A DNA stretch of 63,206 nt, the filler included, from Octopus bimaculoides (lineage: Eukaryota): NCBI RefSeq assembly GCF_001194135.2. It is 4 parts of 4 records of this genome, joined end to end, with 100 filler letters (N's around TTAATTAATTAA, not from the genome) between each part and the next. Parts side by side here need not be neighbours in the genome. Positions count along the whole stretch, not along the records: positions 39,031 to 60,755 come from NC_068991.1; positions 60,856 to 63,206 come from NW_026303811.1; 2 more parts are not named here. One strand, given 5' to 3'. The notes under the pieces were generated by a model. The model made no database searches, was not told the origin of the DNA, and worked only from the letters and a program-made list of their open reading frames with translations. Each line of letters begins with the position of its first letter. The first letter of the stretch is position 1. The position numbers and the translations under genes were made by a program. Shown here piece by piece: positions 50,755 through 62,580 of this stretch.

Positions 50755-51195
50755 TGTAGTTGATGATGATGATGATGACAGTGAAGAAGATGGTGATGAT
50801 GTTGATTATGATGATGGTGATGAAGATGATGATGACGATGAAGATGATGATGATGATGATGATTTTCATCACCATCATTATCTTCATCATCATCATCATC
50901 TTCACCGTCGTCGTCATCGTCGTCGTCGTCGTCGTCATCATCATCATCATCATCATCATCGACATCATTGTCATCATCCTTATTACAATCACCATGACAA
51001 TAAGTATTATCAACAGCAGTGGCAGTATAACGAACACAACGACGATGGGAACTACGATATTAATTATTGTGATTAATGTCGGCAATGATGGAAGTGGTGA
51101 TGATGACGACGATGATGATGATGATGATGATGATGATGACGGTAACGATGATACTGTTGATGATGATGATGATGATTATGATGATGATGTAAAAT
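50755..51195. repeat. Compound (GAT)n-(CAT)n/(CGT)n-(GAT)n microsatellite
   Basis: Direct reading. Confidence 0.95.
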
Positions 51196-51431
51196 AATTA
51201 TTGAGTTTGTATTTGCGCAACTAAAGAAGCCATGTAATGTATTATCTATAACACAATGGGATTAATCCCGCGAGATTTATTCTTCGATATGCAATCAAAT
51301 ACTTATGTGTGTGTGTGTGTGTATGCGCGCGCATGTTTGTGCGTCTGTGTGTGTATGTGTGAGTGCGTGAGTTTCTGTGTGTGTATGTGTATGGCTGAGG
51401 ATGCTCGTTTGTATGTATTTATGTATGTATG

Positions 51432-51499
<68 letters not shown>

Positions 51500-51633
51500 G
51501 AGAGAGAGAAATAGAGAGAGAAATAGAGAGAGAAATAGAGAGAGACAGACAGACAGACAGAGACACAGAGAGAGAGGCACACAAACAGACAGAAGAGAGA
51601 CAGACAGACAAAAGACAGAGTTTCAAATCGAAC

Positions 51634-51696
<63 letters not shown>

Positions 51697-52221
51697 GGAT
51701 AGATAGATAGATAAATAGATAGATAGATAGATAGATAGATAGAGATGAGCTATATGAACCGATAGACAACTAATGCTATTTCTACTAACATACGTTTCGG
51801 AAAATTCCAGGAGAATGATATCTATCTTTGATACCCTGTATTAATATTTCAAAACTGCTCCACTGTACTCCTGTATGCGAATGAGAATCAATGAATCCAA
51901 AACATATCCGTATCTTATACTTTGGATCAAAGTTTCGGTAATATTCACCCCGAATGAAGTTTTCCTTTTATCTCCAGTATCTACTTCTTCCAGTCACTGG
52001 ATTGCAGCCTTGAAGGATTGTAGTCGAACATGTAACCACTATTACGCTTTAACACCAGTACTTATTTTTAAGTCTGGTTTTTATTCTGTCGACTACTTTT
52101 GCCAAACAGCAACGTTACGGAAACGTAAAGAAACCAACAAGAGTTGTCAAGTGTTTGGAGTACAATCAGACACGCAAAGACAAACAAAGAGTCAGACACA
52201 CACACACCTATATATGCACAC

Positions 52222-52450
52222 GCGTAGTGGCCAAGTGTCTCGGGTGTTGCAATCACGATCGCGAGATTGTGGGTTGTGATTCTCTAACCGAGCAGGGCGT
52301 TAATTTCCTGAGCAAAGCACTTCCTTTCACGCTGTTCTGCGATCATTTCGGCACCTGATGTTTGCTACATTGTGCACCTACTCAGTTAACATCCCAACGT
52401 CGATCTGATGGAGGAACAGAGCTAATGAGTAGCACAGACGCTTGATTACT
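52222..52450 (+). mobile_element. Divergent tRNA-derived SINE (C-like core)
   Basis: cgcgtagtggccaagtg head; cctgagcaaagcacttcctttcacg core-like segment. Confidence 0.5.
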
Positions 52451-52469
52451 CTAAATGAATCTCTTTTGC

Positions 52470-53345
52470 AGGTGGTGCATTTCCCTGCTCAGGCTGTCCA
52501 CCTGTTGCCAGCGCCCTCTGGAAGGTGCGCTTGGCATGCCATGCTTGCTGATACGCAAACACGCGCTGTAGTTGCGGCCCTTTACAGATTTTCTTGGGTA
52601 GAAATCCGATGTAGTCTCTGTTTGTACAACACGCCTTTCTGTAGCTCATTTCTTTGACAGAGTTGCAATCTGAATAAAAAAAACGACCAGGATTATGCGG
52701 GAATATCTGGCATTCATTGCCTTCCCCTATTCAAGCAATGTGGTCGGTTCTACTTTAAAAATATATAAAGACCCAGTGGTGAATAAAAGCAGTAGAAATT
52801 CTTGGTGTCGACGCGGATGAACAGATTAGTCAGTTTCGGAAGACTTCCGGGCCCACTACTACCAAAGAAAGGTTCTAGAAATGGCTCGTCTGACAGCGCT
52901 TCATGGGAGCATTGCTGGTTCGAGATAAATTCTTGGCGAGATAAACACAACCATGCAAGTGTACTGGATGTGCGAAGGGCGGTTAAAACGTTGTGCATGC
53001 ACTCGTACAGCGCCCGAAGATTGCTTGAGTTGTGGAGTTATGTTTTTTGGATAAAAGCTGTTACCGCGTGTGGAGAAATCTGACTATCGATCGAATCCAT
53101 CGTAAAGCTGGTCATACCACCACTTTTCACAACGCAGCACGGGCGGTGTTACTCTATGCGATGGCTACAGTGGAAAAGGCTGTGTAGTGGAAGAAACTGG
53201 AGAGGTTAAAGAAAGTCAATTTCCCTCTTCGGTCAAGTCCTCATCGAATTTTATAAGTGGGGAGGGAGGTGCTACCACCCAGTGAATTTATGAAAAGATG
53301 GATGACTGTGGCTAAAACAGTTTACGGTGAATGAACCTTCTATAT
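52470..53345 (+). mobile_element. L1/Tx1-type LINE ORF2 C-terminal fragment (degraded)
   Basis: CCQRPLEGALGMPCLLIRKHAL*LR, GALLVRDK, VVHALVQRPKI..LWSYV and EVLPPSEFMKRWMTVA, found across frameshifts. Confidence 0.75.
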
Positions 53346-53644
53346 GTACGCACCGCTAGAGTGGTTATTATGGTAACCCTGAATCCGTGGTGTTCCGTTA
53401 TTTCCTTTAGCTGGAGTTTATCCTGCATCATAAGAAAAACTTCATTATTCACGCTATCACGTAATTTGAATAATATCTAGACTTTTATTGCGTATCTCTT
53501 GCCTTTTCCTTTTCCATTTCTTTCTCCTCGTCCTTAACGTAAACCGTCCACTAAAATTATTGACTTCCTTGTGATGATGACTCGCTCAGTTATACAACTT
53601 TCCATAATAAAAAGAATAATCACCATCATCATTGTCATTATTAT

Positions 53645-54220
53645 TATTGCCTTTGCACGTCTTCTAACGCTGGAGATATACTACGGTGTCAGCTGTTCAC
53701 TACCAGAGAACTAAGGTAACACCTCTTATTTTTCCAGCACCTTCCAGAGTATTCGAGCAATTCCAAGCAGTGTTGTTTTCTGCAAGTGCTCCACCCTTAT
53801 TGCATCCCCTATTTGTTCCATGTACTTCTCAAGGTTTTTACTCATTGTTCCCAGAGTTCCGACAAGTATTGGTAATATTACCACCTTTTACATTGACCAC
53901 AGCTGCTTTATCTTCCAAGCTAACCTGTCATACTGTCATAACTCTTGACTTTTCTTTCTTCCTTATCGCATACCTTGTTGTCAACTGCGCATGCTATATC
54001 TATGATCAAGCATAGTTTGCTTTCTTTCTCAAACAAGACTATGTCTGGCTTCCTATTTTCTGTCTCATGGTTGCACTGAGTCATAAAATCTCACAGGATC
54101 TTTGCATTATCATTTTCGATAATGCCTTCGGGTTTGTGGTCGTACCATTTTTTCTCTCTGTCAACTCCATATTTGTTGTCCAATGGACAAGCCTTGCTAT
54201 ATTGTCGTGGCGTCTCTTAT
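53645..54220 (-). mobile_element. R4/Dong-like retrotransposon 3' fragment flanked by (TAA)n on both sides
   Basis: Minus strand YKRRHDNIARLVHW..WYDHKPEGIIENDNAKIL*DF..RKPDIVLFEKESKLCLIIDIACAVD.. (PD-D motif); short ATT-rich tract at ~53628-53648 and (ATT)n at 54220-54288. Confidence 0.85.
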
Positions 54221-54224
54221 ATTA

Positions 54225-54289
<65 letters not shown>

Positions 54290-54503
54290 TACGCCATCGA
54301 AATCTAAGATTGTACTCACTAAACTATGGCTAGAGCAATGTAGACTAAGTAATTCAGAAGCACATGCAGACACTCACAAACATACACAACACACATACGC
54401 ATACACACCAAAACACTCATAGATATACAGAAACACAAACAAAATAGCAGAAAGACAGACGAACGGACAGACAGACAAGCAGATAGCTAGTCAGGCAGAT
54501 ACG

Positions 54504-54561
<58 letters not shown>

Positions 54562-55197
54562 CATACATACATACATACATACATACATACATGCATACGT
54601 ACATATAAGGCAAAGATGGACGTTTCGGGTTCATGGATTTTTTTAAAATTTGAATATCTTTAGGATTTCGTTTTCTTTTCTCTCTATAACCCAGCCCCGT
54701 CACTATTCCCCAAAAAATTTTTTAAATTGCATTAAGAAATGCCTTAGTGCCTTTAAATAAGGATTACGAAATGAATGCATGTGATAAATGTTGGATAAAA
54801 CCTGCCCTCAATACAGATACAACGAATATGGTTATAATTATGGATCAGACAATGAAAATCAATACAGCTGTTCTTATCGACATCAGTTGAAGCTTCTCAA
54901 CGCATTTCGTTGAATTAGAAATTAAATAGCATCTAATGAGATCACTACTTTATCTCTCCTCCACTTAACCCTCACCAACCATATTTAGTTAACTCTGCTA
55001 GAACTGGAGTGTTTCTGGGTTTTGGTATATTCCTTGGAAGCAGTATATTGTCAAGAATTTACACAAATGTCCACAAATGTATTTTCTCAACATGGAGATC
55101 GTTCTGGTTGAAAGTTGCATAACAAGACGTAAGTAATGCTGAAAAATGTCCCAATATATTGTTCAATTATCATTCGATAGAATTCAATAAAGGATAT

Positions 55198-55672
55198 GGC
55201 GTGGCTGTGTGCTAAGAAGTTTGCTTTCTAACCACAAGGTTCCAGGTTCAGTCGCACTGCGTGGCACCTTCGACAAGTGTCTTCTACTATAGCAGCGGTT
55301 CAACCAAATCCTTGTCAGTGGATATGGTAGATGGAAACTGAAGGAATCCCCAGTAATATATATGTGTTTGTGTGTGCGTTCGTGTGTGTGTATATGTGTG
55401 TGCGTTCGTGTGCGTGTGTATGTGTGTGTATGTGTGTGTCTTTCTGTCTGTGTTTGCCCCACCACCACCACTGCTTGACAACTGGTGTGGGTGTAATTGC
55501 GTCACGAAACTTTACCGGTTCGGCAAAAGAGACCGATGAAATAGGTATCAGGCTTTAGAAAGTACTGGGGTCGATGCATTCGACTAAAAAAATAGAAAAT
55601 GAAAAATTCAAGGTGGTGTCCCAGCATGGCCGCATTCTAATCACTGAAGCAAGTAAAAGATAAAAGATAAAC
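55198..55672 (+). mobile_element. SINE family A, full length
   Basis: Head, core, (TG)n centre and tail caagtaaaagataaaaga are all present. Confidence 0.85.
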
Positions 55673-55999
55673 GATATATGAATATTCTCTTAGCCTGTTC
55701 TAGTTGCACACGTCGATCTACTAGATATAGCAGTTATATTCCATTCATTTCTTATCAAAATGTCTTGTGTAAAGCCTTTACTGTTTGTTTTCCTGTCCTG
55801 CCCAGCTCTTCGAAACGCCGGTGTTAAAACGCGGGTAGCTGATGAAGTAGAATGTTCTCTATGTAGCTTGTGTGTTTTCTCGTCTACGTTTTGTTTGCAA
55901 TGTCCTGTACCCAGATATGCACCTATACATACAGGTGGATGTCGGTATGCACATACCTGTACGTATATATATATATATGCTTATACTCATTTACTATTT

Positions 56000-56047
<48 letters not shown>

Positions 56048-56149
56048 CATGCAAATATAAACTGATTGATCTCGAATGTCTGTTTCCATGATATATATGC
56101 TCGATCAAATTTTACAGAGGATAATAGAACAGTAAATCAGATTGTATGC

Positions 56150-56295
56150 ATTGAGCTGATGGAATTGTTAGGATATCGGACAAAATATTTAACGGCATTT
56201 CAGCCATCTGTTTACGGTATGCGTTCAAATTCCAACAAGGTTAAATTTGCCGTTCATATATTCAAGGTCGATAAAATAAGGTACCAGTTAAGTAC
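56150..56295 (+). mobile_element. SINE family B (degraded)
   Basis: gagctgatggaattgttagg..gcgttcaaattcc..ggtcgataaaataaggtaccagtt. Confidence 0.7.
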
Positions 56296-56774
56296 TGAAT
56301 TATATGTTAGAAACTTAATCCCTAGTCTCAGAATTTCAGATTTTCAACTTTGCAACAACCAGGCATCTCGTTTGAAGGCATTGTTGTTATCTCGGTCGTT
56401 TATATCCCATGGAAATCGGAAAATCGCTATTATGTGTCCCAGGATTATAGAAAAAAGATGACGATGATTGGAAATAGAAACGAACTGTATCAATTTTCGT
56501 TTAACATCGAAGATGTTATGATCATATTGCGTCATACTGCAAGGACAAAATTCTTAAAAACAGAAATAGTTACACACAAAAGGAAAATAAATTAATCCAC
56601 TTGGCAATAGAATTATGGCCACAGAGTTTCTTTTACTGCCACAGAAAAGCCGAACAGTTTTACCATCATGGCCGAGATGTCACGTGAGATAATTTAGCAT
56701 GACCAATTATTGTTACTCTATTGAAGATCGATCAAGAGAATAGCAGTGACAACATAATGTTTATTGGAATAACC

Positions 56775-56826
56775 ACAATAATAACAACATCAACAACAAC
56801 AACAACAGATTAATAATAATAATATT

Positions 56827-56869
<43 letters not shown>

Positions 56870-57346
56870 TTGATAGTGATGATAATAAAAATAATAATAG
56901 TGGCCACAAAATGGATAAAACAACAGTAACAACATTAATAATAGAAGATAATAAACATAATAATAATATAATTTATGATGAAGGAGAATGCCGCTCAAAA
57001 TTAAAATTATCGTGATGATGATGGGGGGGAATGAAGATGATGATGATGATGATAACAGTAGCAATCACAAACACAACAACAACAACGTCATCATCAACAA
57101 AAGCAACAACAACAACAACAACGACAGCAACTGCAGTTGCGACATTAAAAAAAAATGTGATATGTTAATGACAGAGAAAGAGAACAAAAACGAGTTAAAA
57201 GAAACAGAAAAAAAATACACGAAAACCTCATCAGAATAATAATAAAATACAATTATAAAACAAAAATGATTTTTTTTAAAAAAAGGGCATCAAATACAAT
57301 ACAACAACAACAAAACTGGCAACAACAATACTACTACTACTACTAC

Positions 57347-57413
<67 letters not shown>

Positions 57414-57416
57414 TAA

Positions 57417-57453
<37 letters not shown>

Positions 57454-57516
57454 ATTATTATTATTATCATCATCATCATAATAATAATAATAATAATATT
57501 AATTATTATTATTATC

Positions 57517-57547
<31 letters not shown>

Positions 57548-57736
57548 CAACAGCAACAACAACAACAACATCAATGACGACAACAACAATAACAACAACA
57601 ACGATACATTCTACTTTATGCTTTCTCTTATATTAAGAATTGCATTTTATTATTGTTAATATTGTTATTACTGTCGGGATTATACTTATTGTTGCTTTCA
57701 TCATCATCATCCTCATCCTCATCAAGATCATCATCA

Positions 57737-57806
<70 letters not shown>

Positions 57807-57870
57807 CATGTCTTTCTGCTGTTGTTATTGTTATCATTATTATTGTTGTTGTTGTTGTTGCTGTTGCTGT

Positions 57871-57930
<60 letters not shown>

Positions 57931-57950
57931 CGGTGGTGGTGGTGGTGGTT
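56775..57950. repeat. Mosaic trinucleotide microsatellite field: (AAT)/(ATT), (AAC)/(GTT), (GAT)/(CAT), (TAG), (GGT)
   Basis: Direct reading. Confidence 0.95.
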
Positions 57951-59478
57951 CGATTGAAAATTTCTTGCTTTTATTAGATTACGTGTTAATGGCGTGAAAT
58001 TGATTTTGCCAATCTGTCAGTTAGAGAATGTAAATTGGATAATAGCGTGTAATTCTTAGTCATTAATGATAATGATTGAGATCCTACCATTGTCAGCCCT
58101 TCGTTTTCTTCTACTCTGACTTCCACTTAATCACTCGCTCATTCTCTTACTCGCACACTCATTCACTCATTCATTCGTTTGCTCGTTCGTTCATTCTCTC
58201 ATTCGTAGCTTTTGGGTTTTTTTAGTTTCCTATATCCTTCGTCCCATTCCTTTTTCTCTTCAATCCGTCATTCTTTGTTCTTCTTCTTCTTCTTCTTCTT
58301 TTTCTTTTTATTTCTCTTTTTCTTCTTCTTTTTCGTTTGTTCTTTTTCTCCTCCTACTCCTCCTTCTCCTTTTTTTCTTCTTCCTCCTCTTCTTTTTCTT
58401 CATCTTTTCATGTACTTCTTGTGTTTTTCTTTTCTTTCTTCCCCTCCTCCTACTTGTTTTTTCTTCTTTTTCTTCTTCTTGTGTTCTTTTTTATTTTCTT
58501 TCGCTTCCACTTCCTCCTCCTTCTTGTTGTTGTTTTCTTCTTCTTCTTCTTCTTCTTCTTCTTCTTCTTCTTCTTCTTCTTCTTCTTCTTCTTCACTCTC
58601 ATCATTATCAGCAGCAGCAGCAGCAATGCATTGTTCTTACATTCCCCTCCCCTCCACTCATCTTCCCGTTGTGGTTGTGTATATTAACCATACGTACACG
58701 CACATACACATACACGCACAATCACATACACAGAAGCACATATGCATGCGAAAATATGGAATCATAAAACTCGCACATATATATCACTCATATACATACA
58801 TACATACATACATATACACACACTCACACACATATCCATATGCTTATATATATTCATTATATATATATATATATATATATATNNNNNNNNNNNNNNNNNN
58901 NNNNNNNNNNNNNNNNNNNNNNNNNNNNNNNNNNNNNNNNNNNNNNNNNNNNNNNNNNNNNNNNNNNNNNNNNNNNNNNNNNNNNNNNNNNNNNNNNNNN
59001 NNNNNNNNNNNNNNNNNNNNNNNNNNNNNNNNNNNNNNNNNNNNNNNNNNNNNNNNNNNNNNNNNNNNNNNNNNNNNNNNNNNNNNNNNNNNNNNNNNNN
59101 NNNNNNNNNNNNNNNNNNNNNNNNNNNNNNNNNNNNNNNNNNNNNNNNNNNNNNNNNNNNNNNNNNNNNNNNNNNNNNNNNNNNNNNNNNNNNNNNNNNN
59201 NNNNNNNNNNNNNNNNNNNNNNNNNNNNNNNNNNNNNNNNNNNNNNNNNNNNNNNNNNNNNNNNNNNNNNNNNNNNNNNNNNNNNNNNNNNNNNNNNNNN
59301 NNNNNNNNNNNNNNNNNNNNNNNNNNNNNNNNNNNNNNNNNNNNNNNNNNNNNNNNNNCACAGCACAACAATTACCAAGACGATCACAACATCTTTTATG
59401 AATAACTTGTCTTATTTTCAAACGTGATTATATTTCTACATTTCTTCTGCGTTTTCTGAACCTTTCTGTTTTTGCTCA

Positions 59479-59542
<64 letters not shown>

Positions 59543-60415
59543 TATTTTTGTTGTTGTTTCTCATCTTCATTATCTTACTTCTCCAACACCGCCATCATTC
59601 TATCCGCCATTTTCGGTCGGCCTCTTCCTCTTACATTCTTTCACGCTTCGCCCTTTAATCTATCATTACTTTTCTCTTTCGCTAGTTATGTTTCTTTGTT
59701 TGTTTTACATACATATATTATCCCGCACGCTCTGCCTTTTCATTCTTTTTATTCGTTCCTTAATTTTCCTTCTTGTACTTTCTTGCAGTCTTTTACCCAT
59801 TTCATTCCTCCATTCATTCAATTTTTTTCATTCCTTTAACTTTTTCTTTCACCCTGTTGTTCTTAAATACTTTAGTCCCTTCTTTTTATTTCGTTCATTC
59901 ATCAATTTATTCTTGATTTATTTCATTCCTTTCTCTTCCTTTACTGTCTTCATTCCTTCGTTTTCTGTGTATTTCCATTCTAACTACCTATTCAAATTAC
60001 CCATTCTTTTAGTATTTATTTCATTTTTTAAACTGTCATCGATTCCTTCAATTCCTTCATCAATTACAAGAGACTTTCATTCTGATATTCCTTCAAGCTT
60101 ACCTTTGTCATATCCTCGTTATTCAGCTTTTTTTCCCGTTGTCCTTATTTCTTTATCTCTATCTATATTTCCATCTTCCTGTTCATCTCCCACAACTCAG
60201 TTTGAACTCAGAAAGTAATGCCAGACGAAATACCTCTAGTCATTTCACCTGGCATGCTAACGATTCTGCCAGCTAGCCGCCCTTTGTTAACCTGCTTGAT
60301 CGTATAATTTCGTCGCACGTCCGTTAGAAAAGGTACCATTCAATTCTTATGTAACATATGCAATCTGTCTATCTATCTATCTGTCAGACTGTCTGTCTGA
60401 CTGGCTGGCTGTCTG

Positions 60416-60450
<35 letters not shown>

Positions 60451-60454
60451 GTCT

Positions 60455-60755
60455 TTGGAGGCTGTCCTCATAGCAGCCGGCTTCGGTCCCATTTTCCGCG
60501 GCTGGATTGCTGCCTTGTACAGAGGCATCCGTTCGGTAGTTCGCGTCAATGGGCATCTATCAAGACCCTTCGACATTGCACGTTCGGTCCGTCAGGGATG
60601 CCCCCTCTCGTCGCTTCTGTACGTGTTGACTCTCGAGCCACTACTGCGGAAGCTGGCGACGCTGAGGGGCATCCCGCGAGAGTTGGGATGCGGGACGAGC
60701 GTGTCGTCATACGCGGACGACGTCACCGTCATAGTGTCTAGCCAAAAGCACATCG
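60455..60755 (+). pseudogene. L1/Tx1-type LINE reverse transcriptase fragment, open frame, cut by the join
   Basis: GFGPIFRGWIAALY..VRVNGHLSRPFDIARSVRQGCPLSSLLYVLTLEPLL..YADDVTV, with RT motifs QGCPLS and YADD; no stops over ~100 codons. Confidence 0.9.
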
Positions 60756-60855
60756 NNNNNNNNNNNNNNNNNNNNNNNNNNNNNNNNNNNNNNNNNNNNT
60801 TAATTAATTAANNNNNNNNNNNNNNNNNNNNNNNNNNNNNNNNNNNNNNNNNNNN
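60756..60855. other. Artificial assembly join (44 N + TTAATTAATTAA + 44 N)
   Basis: Same 100-bp spacer as at 15939. Confidence 0.95.
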
Positions 60856-61379
60856 GGTATACGTTATAGATGTCTATCTATCCATCTATTTATATGTCTG
60901 TCTCTCTGTCTGTCTATCTGTGTGGGTGTGTACGTGTCTGTGTGTGTTTGTGTGTGAATTTGCGTATGCGGATCAATGTGAATTGCTGTGCTGGAGTGTG
61001 TACGTATGTGGGTGTGCAAGAGCATGCGCATGTTGTTATGTGTTTTTTTTTTATATGCAGCTCTATAAGTGCGCCTGCATATGTACATGTGTGTTTGCGC
61101 GGAACATTTTAATCGGGTTAAATTTGTGTTGTAGCCAAAGAAATGTCTGTTAAGAACTCGATGGTTGTCTAATAGATTCTTAAAACGGCTGCATCAGCAG
61201 TATCGGCAGCAGTACTAGAAAAGTAAGTGAAGTGGTGGGAGAGAGAATGGAGAAGACATAAAAAAATAATCTATCATAAAATATATTCGCAGAATACTGT
61301 CTGTTATAGAAATAATTATGCGCAATCGCTCATTTTCACACGCACGCACACACATGCCTATACATATATACATCCGCAT

Positions 61380-61422
<43 letters not shown>

Positions 61423-62544
61423 NNNNNNNNNNNNNNNNNNNNNNNNNNNNNNNNNNNNNNNNNNNNNNNNNNNNNNNNNNNNNNNNNNNNNNNNNNNNNN
61501 NNNNNNNNNNNNNNNNNNNNNNNNNNNNNNNNNNNNNNNNNNNNNNNNNNNNNNNNNNNNNNNNNNNNNNNNNNNNNNNNNNNNNNNNNNNNNNNNNNNN
61601 NNNNNNNNNNNNNNNNNNNNNNNNNNNNNNNNNNNNNNNNNNNNNNNNNNNNNNNNNNNNNNNNNNNNNNNNNNNNNNNNNNNNNNNNNNNNNNNNNNNN
61701 NNNNNNNNNNNNNNNNNNNNNNNNNNNNNNNNNNNNNNNNNNNNNNNNNNNNNNNNNNNNNNNNNNNNNNNNNNNNNNNNNNNNNNNNNNNNNNNNNNNN
61801 NNNNNNNNNNNNNNNNNNNNNNNNNNNNNNNNNNNNNNNNNNNNNNNNNNNNNNNNNNNNNNNNNNNNNNNNNNNNNNNNNNNNNNNNNNNNNNNNNNNN
61901 NNNNNNNNNNNNNNNNNNNNNNNNNNNNNNNNNNNNNNNNNNNNNNNNNNNNNNNNNNNNNNNNNNNNNNNNNNNNNNNNNNNNNNNNNNNNNNNNNNNN
62001 NNNNNNNNNNNNNNNNNNNNNNNNNNNNNNNNNNNNNNNNNNNNNNNNNNNNNNNNNNNNNNNNNNNNNNNNNNNNNNNNNNNNNNNNNNNNNNNNNNNN
62101 NNNNNNNNNNNNNNNNNNNNNNNNNNNNNNNNNNNNNNNNNNNNNNNNNNNNNNNNNNNNNNNNNNNNNNNNNNNNNNNNNNNNNNNNNNNNNNNNNNNN
62201 NNNNNNNNNNNNNNNNNNNNNNNNNNNNNNNNNNNNNNNNNNNNNNNNNNNNNNNNNNNNNNNNNNNNNNNNNNNNNNNNNNNNNNNNNNNNNNNNNNNN
62301 NNNNNNNNNNNNNNNNNNNNNNNNNNNNNNNNNNNNNNNNNNNNNNNNNNNNNNNNNNNNNNNNNNNNNNNNNNNNNNNNNNNNNNNNNNNNNNNNNNNN
62401 NNNNNNNNNNTATATATATATATATATATAGATACATACATACATACATACATATGTATATAGTTCAAATTTACAGAAAACGACGACAGGTGTAGGAACA
62501 ACAAGCAGGTGTATTAGTTTAACACTCGGGAAGAATGGAAAGGT

Positions 62545-62580
62545 CTTTTACGTTTCGAACTAACGCTCTTCGTCAGAAAG
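62545..62580 (-). ncRNA. Minimal type I hammerhead ribozyme motif (Penelope pLTR-like)
   Basis: Reverse complement: cttt-CTGACGA-a-gagc-gtta-gttc-GAAAC-GT-A-aaag; all core nucleotides are intact. Confidence 0.75.

Noticed and set aside
50615-51197. Asp/His/Arg-rich and poly-Met ORFs
   Set aside because: They are translations of GAT/CAT microsatellites, with no splice or homology support.
52446-52670. Minus-strand ORF with a good splice acceptor (CNSVKEMSYRKACCTNRDY...), resembling a terminal exon
   Set aside because: The plus strand here is the Tx1/L1 ORF2 remnant (GALGMPCLLIRKHAL), so the ORF is its antisense shadow.
56344-56595. Overlapping ORFs and a strong minus-strand acceptor (ttttgtccttgcag)
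   Set aside because: No convincing donor or protein similarity.
56988-60218. Poly-Ile/Asn/Leu/Ser/Phe ORFs
   Set aside because: They come from trinucleotide arrays, pyrimidine tracts and N gaps.
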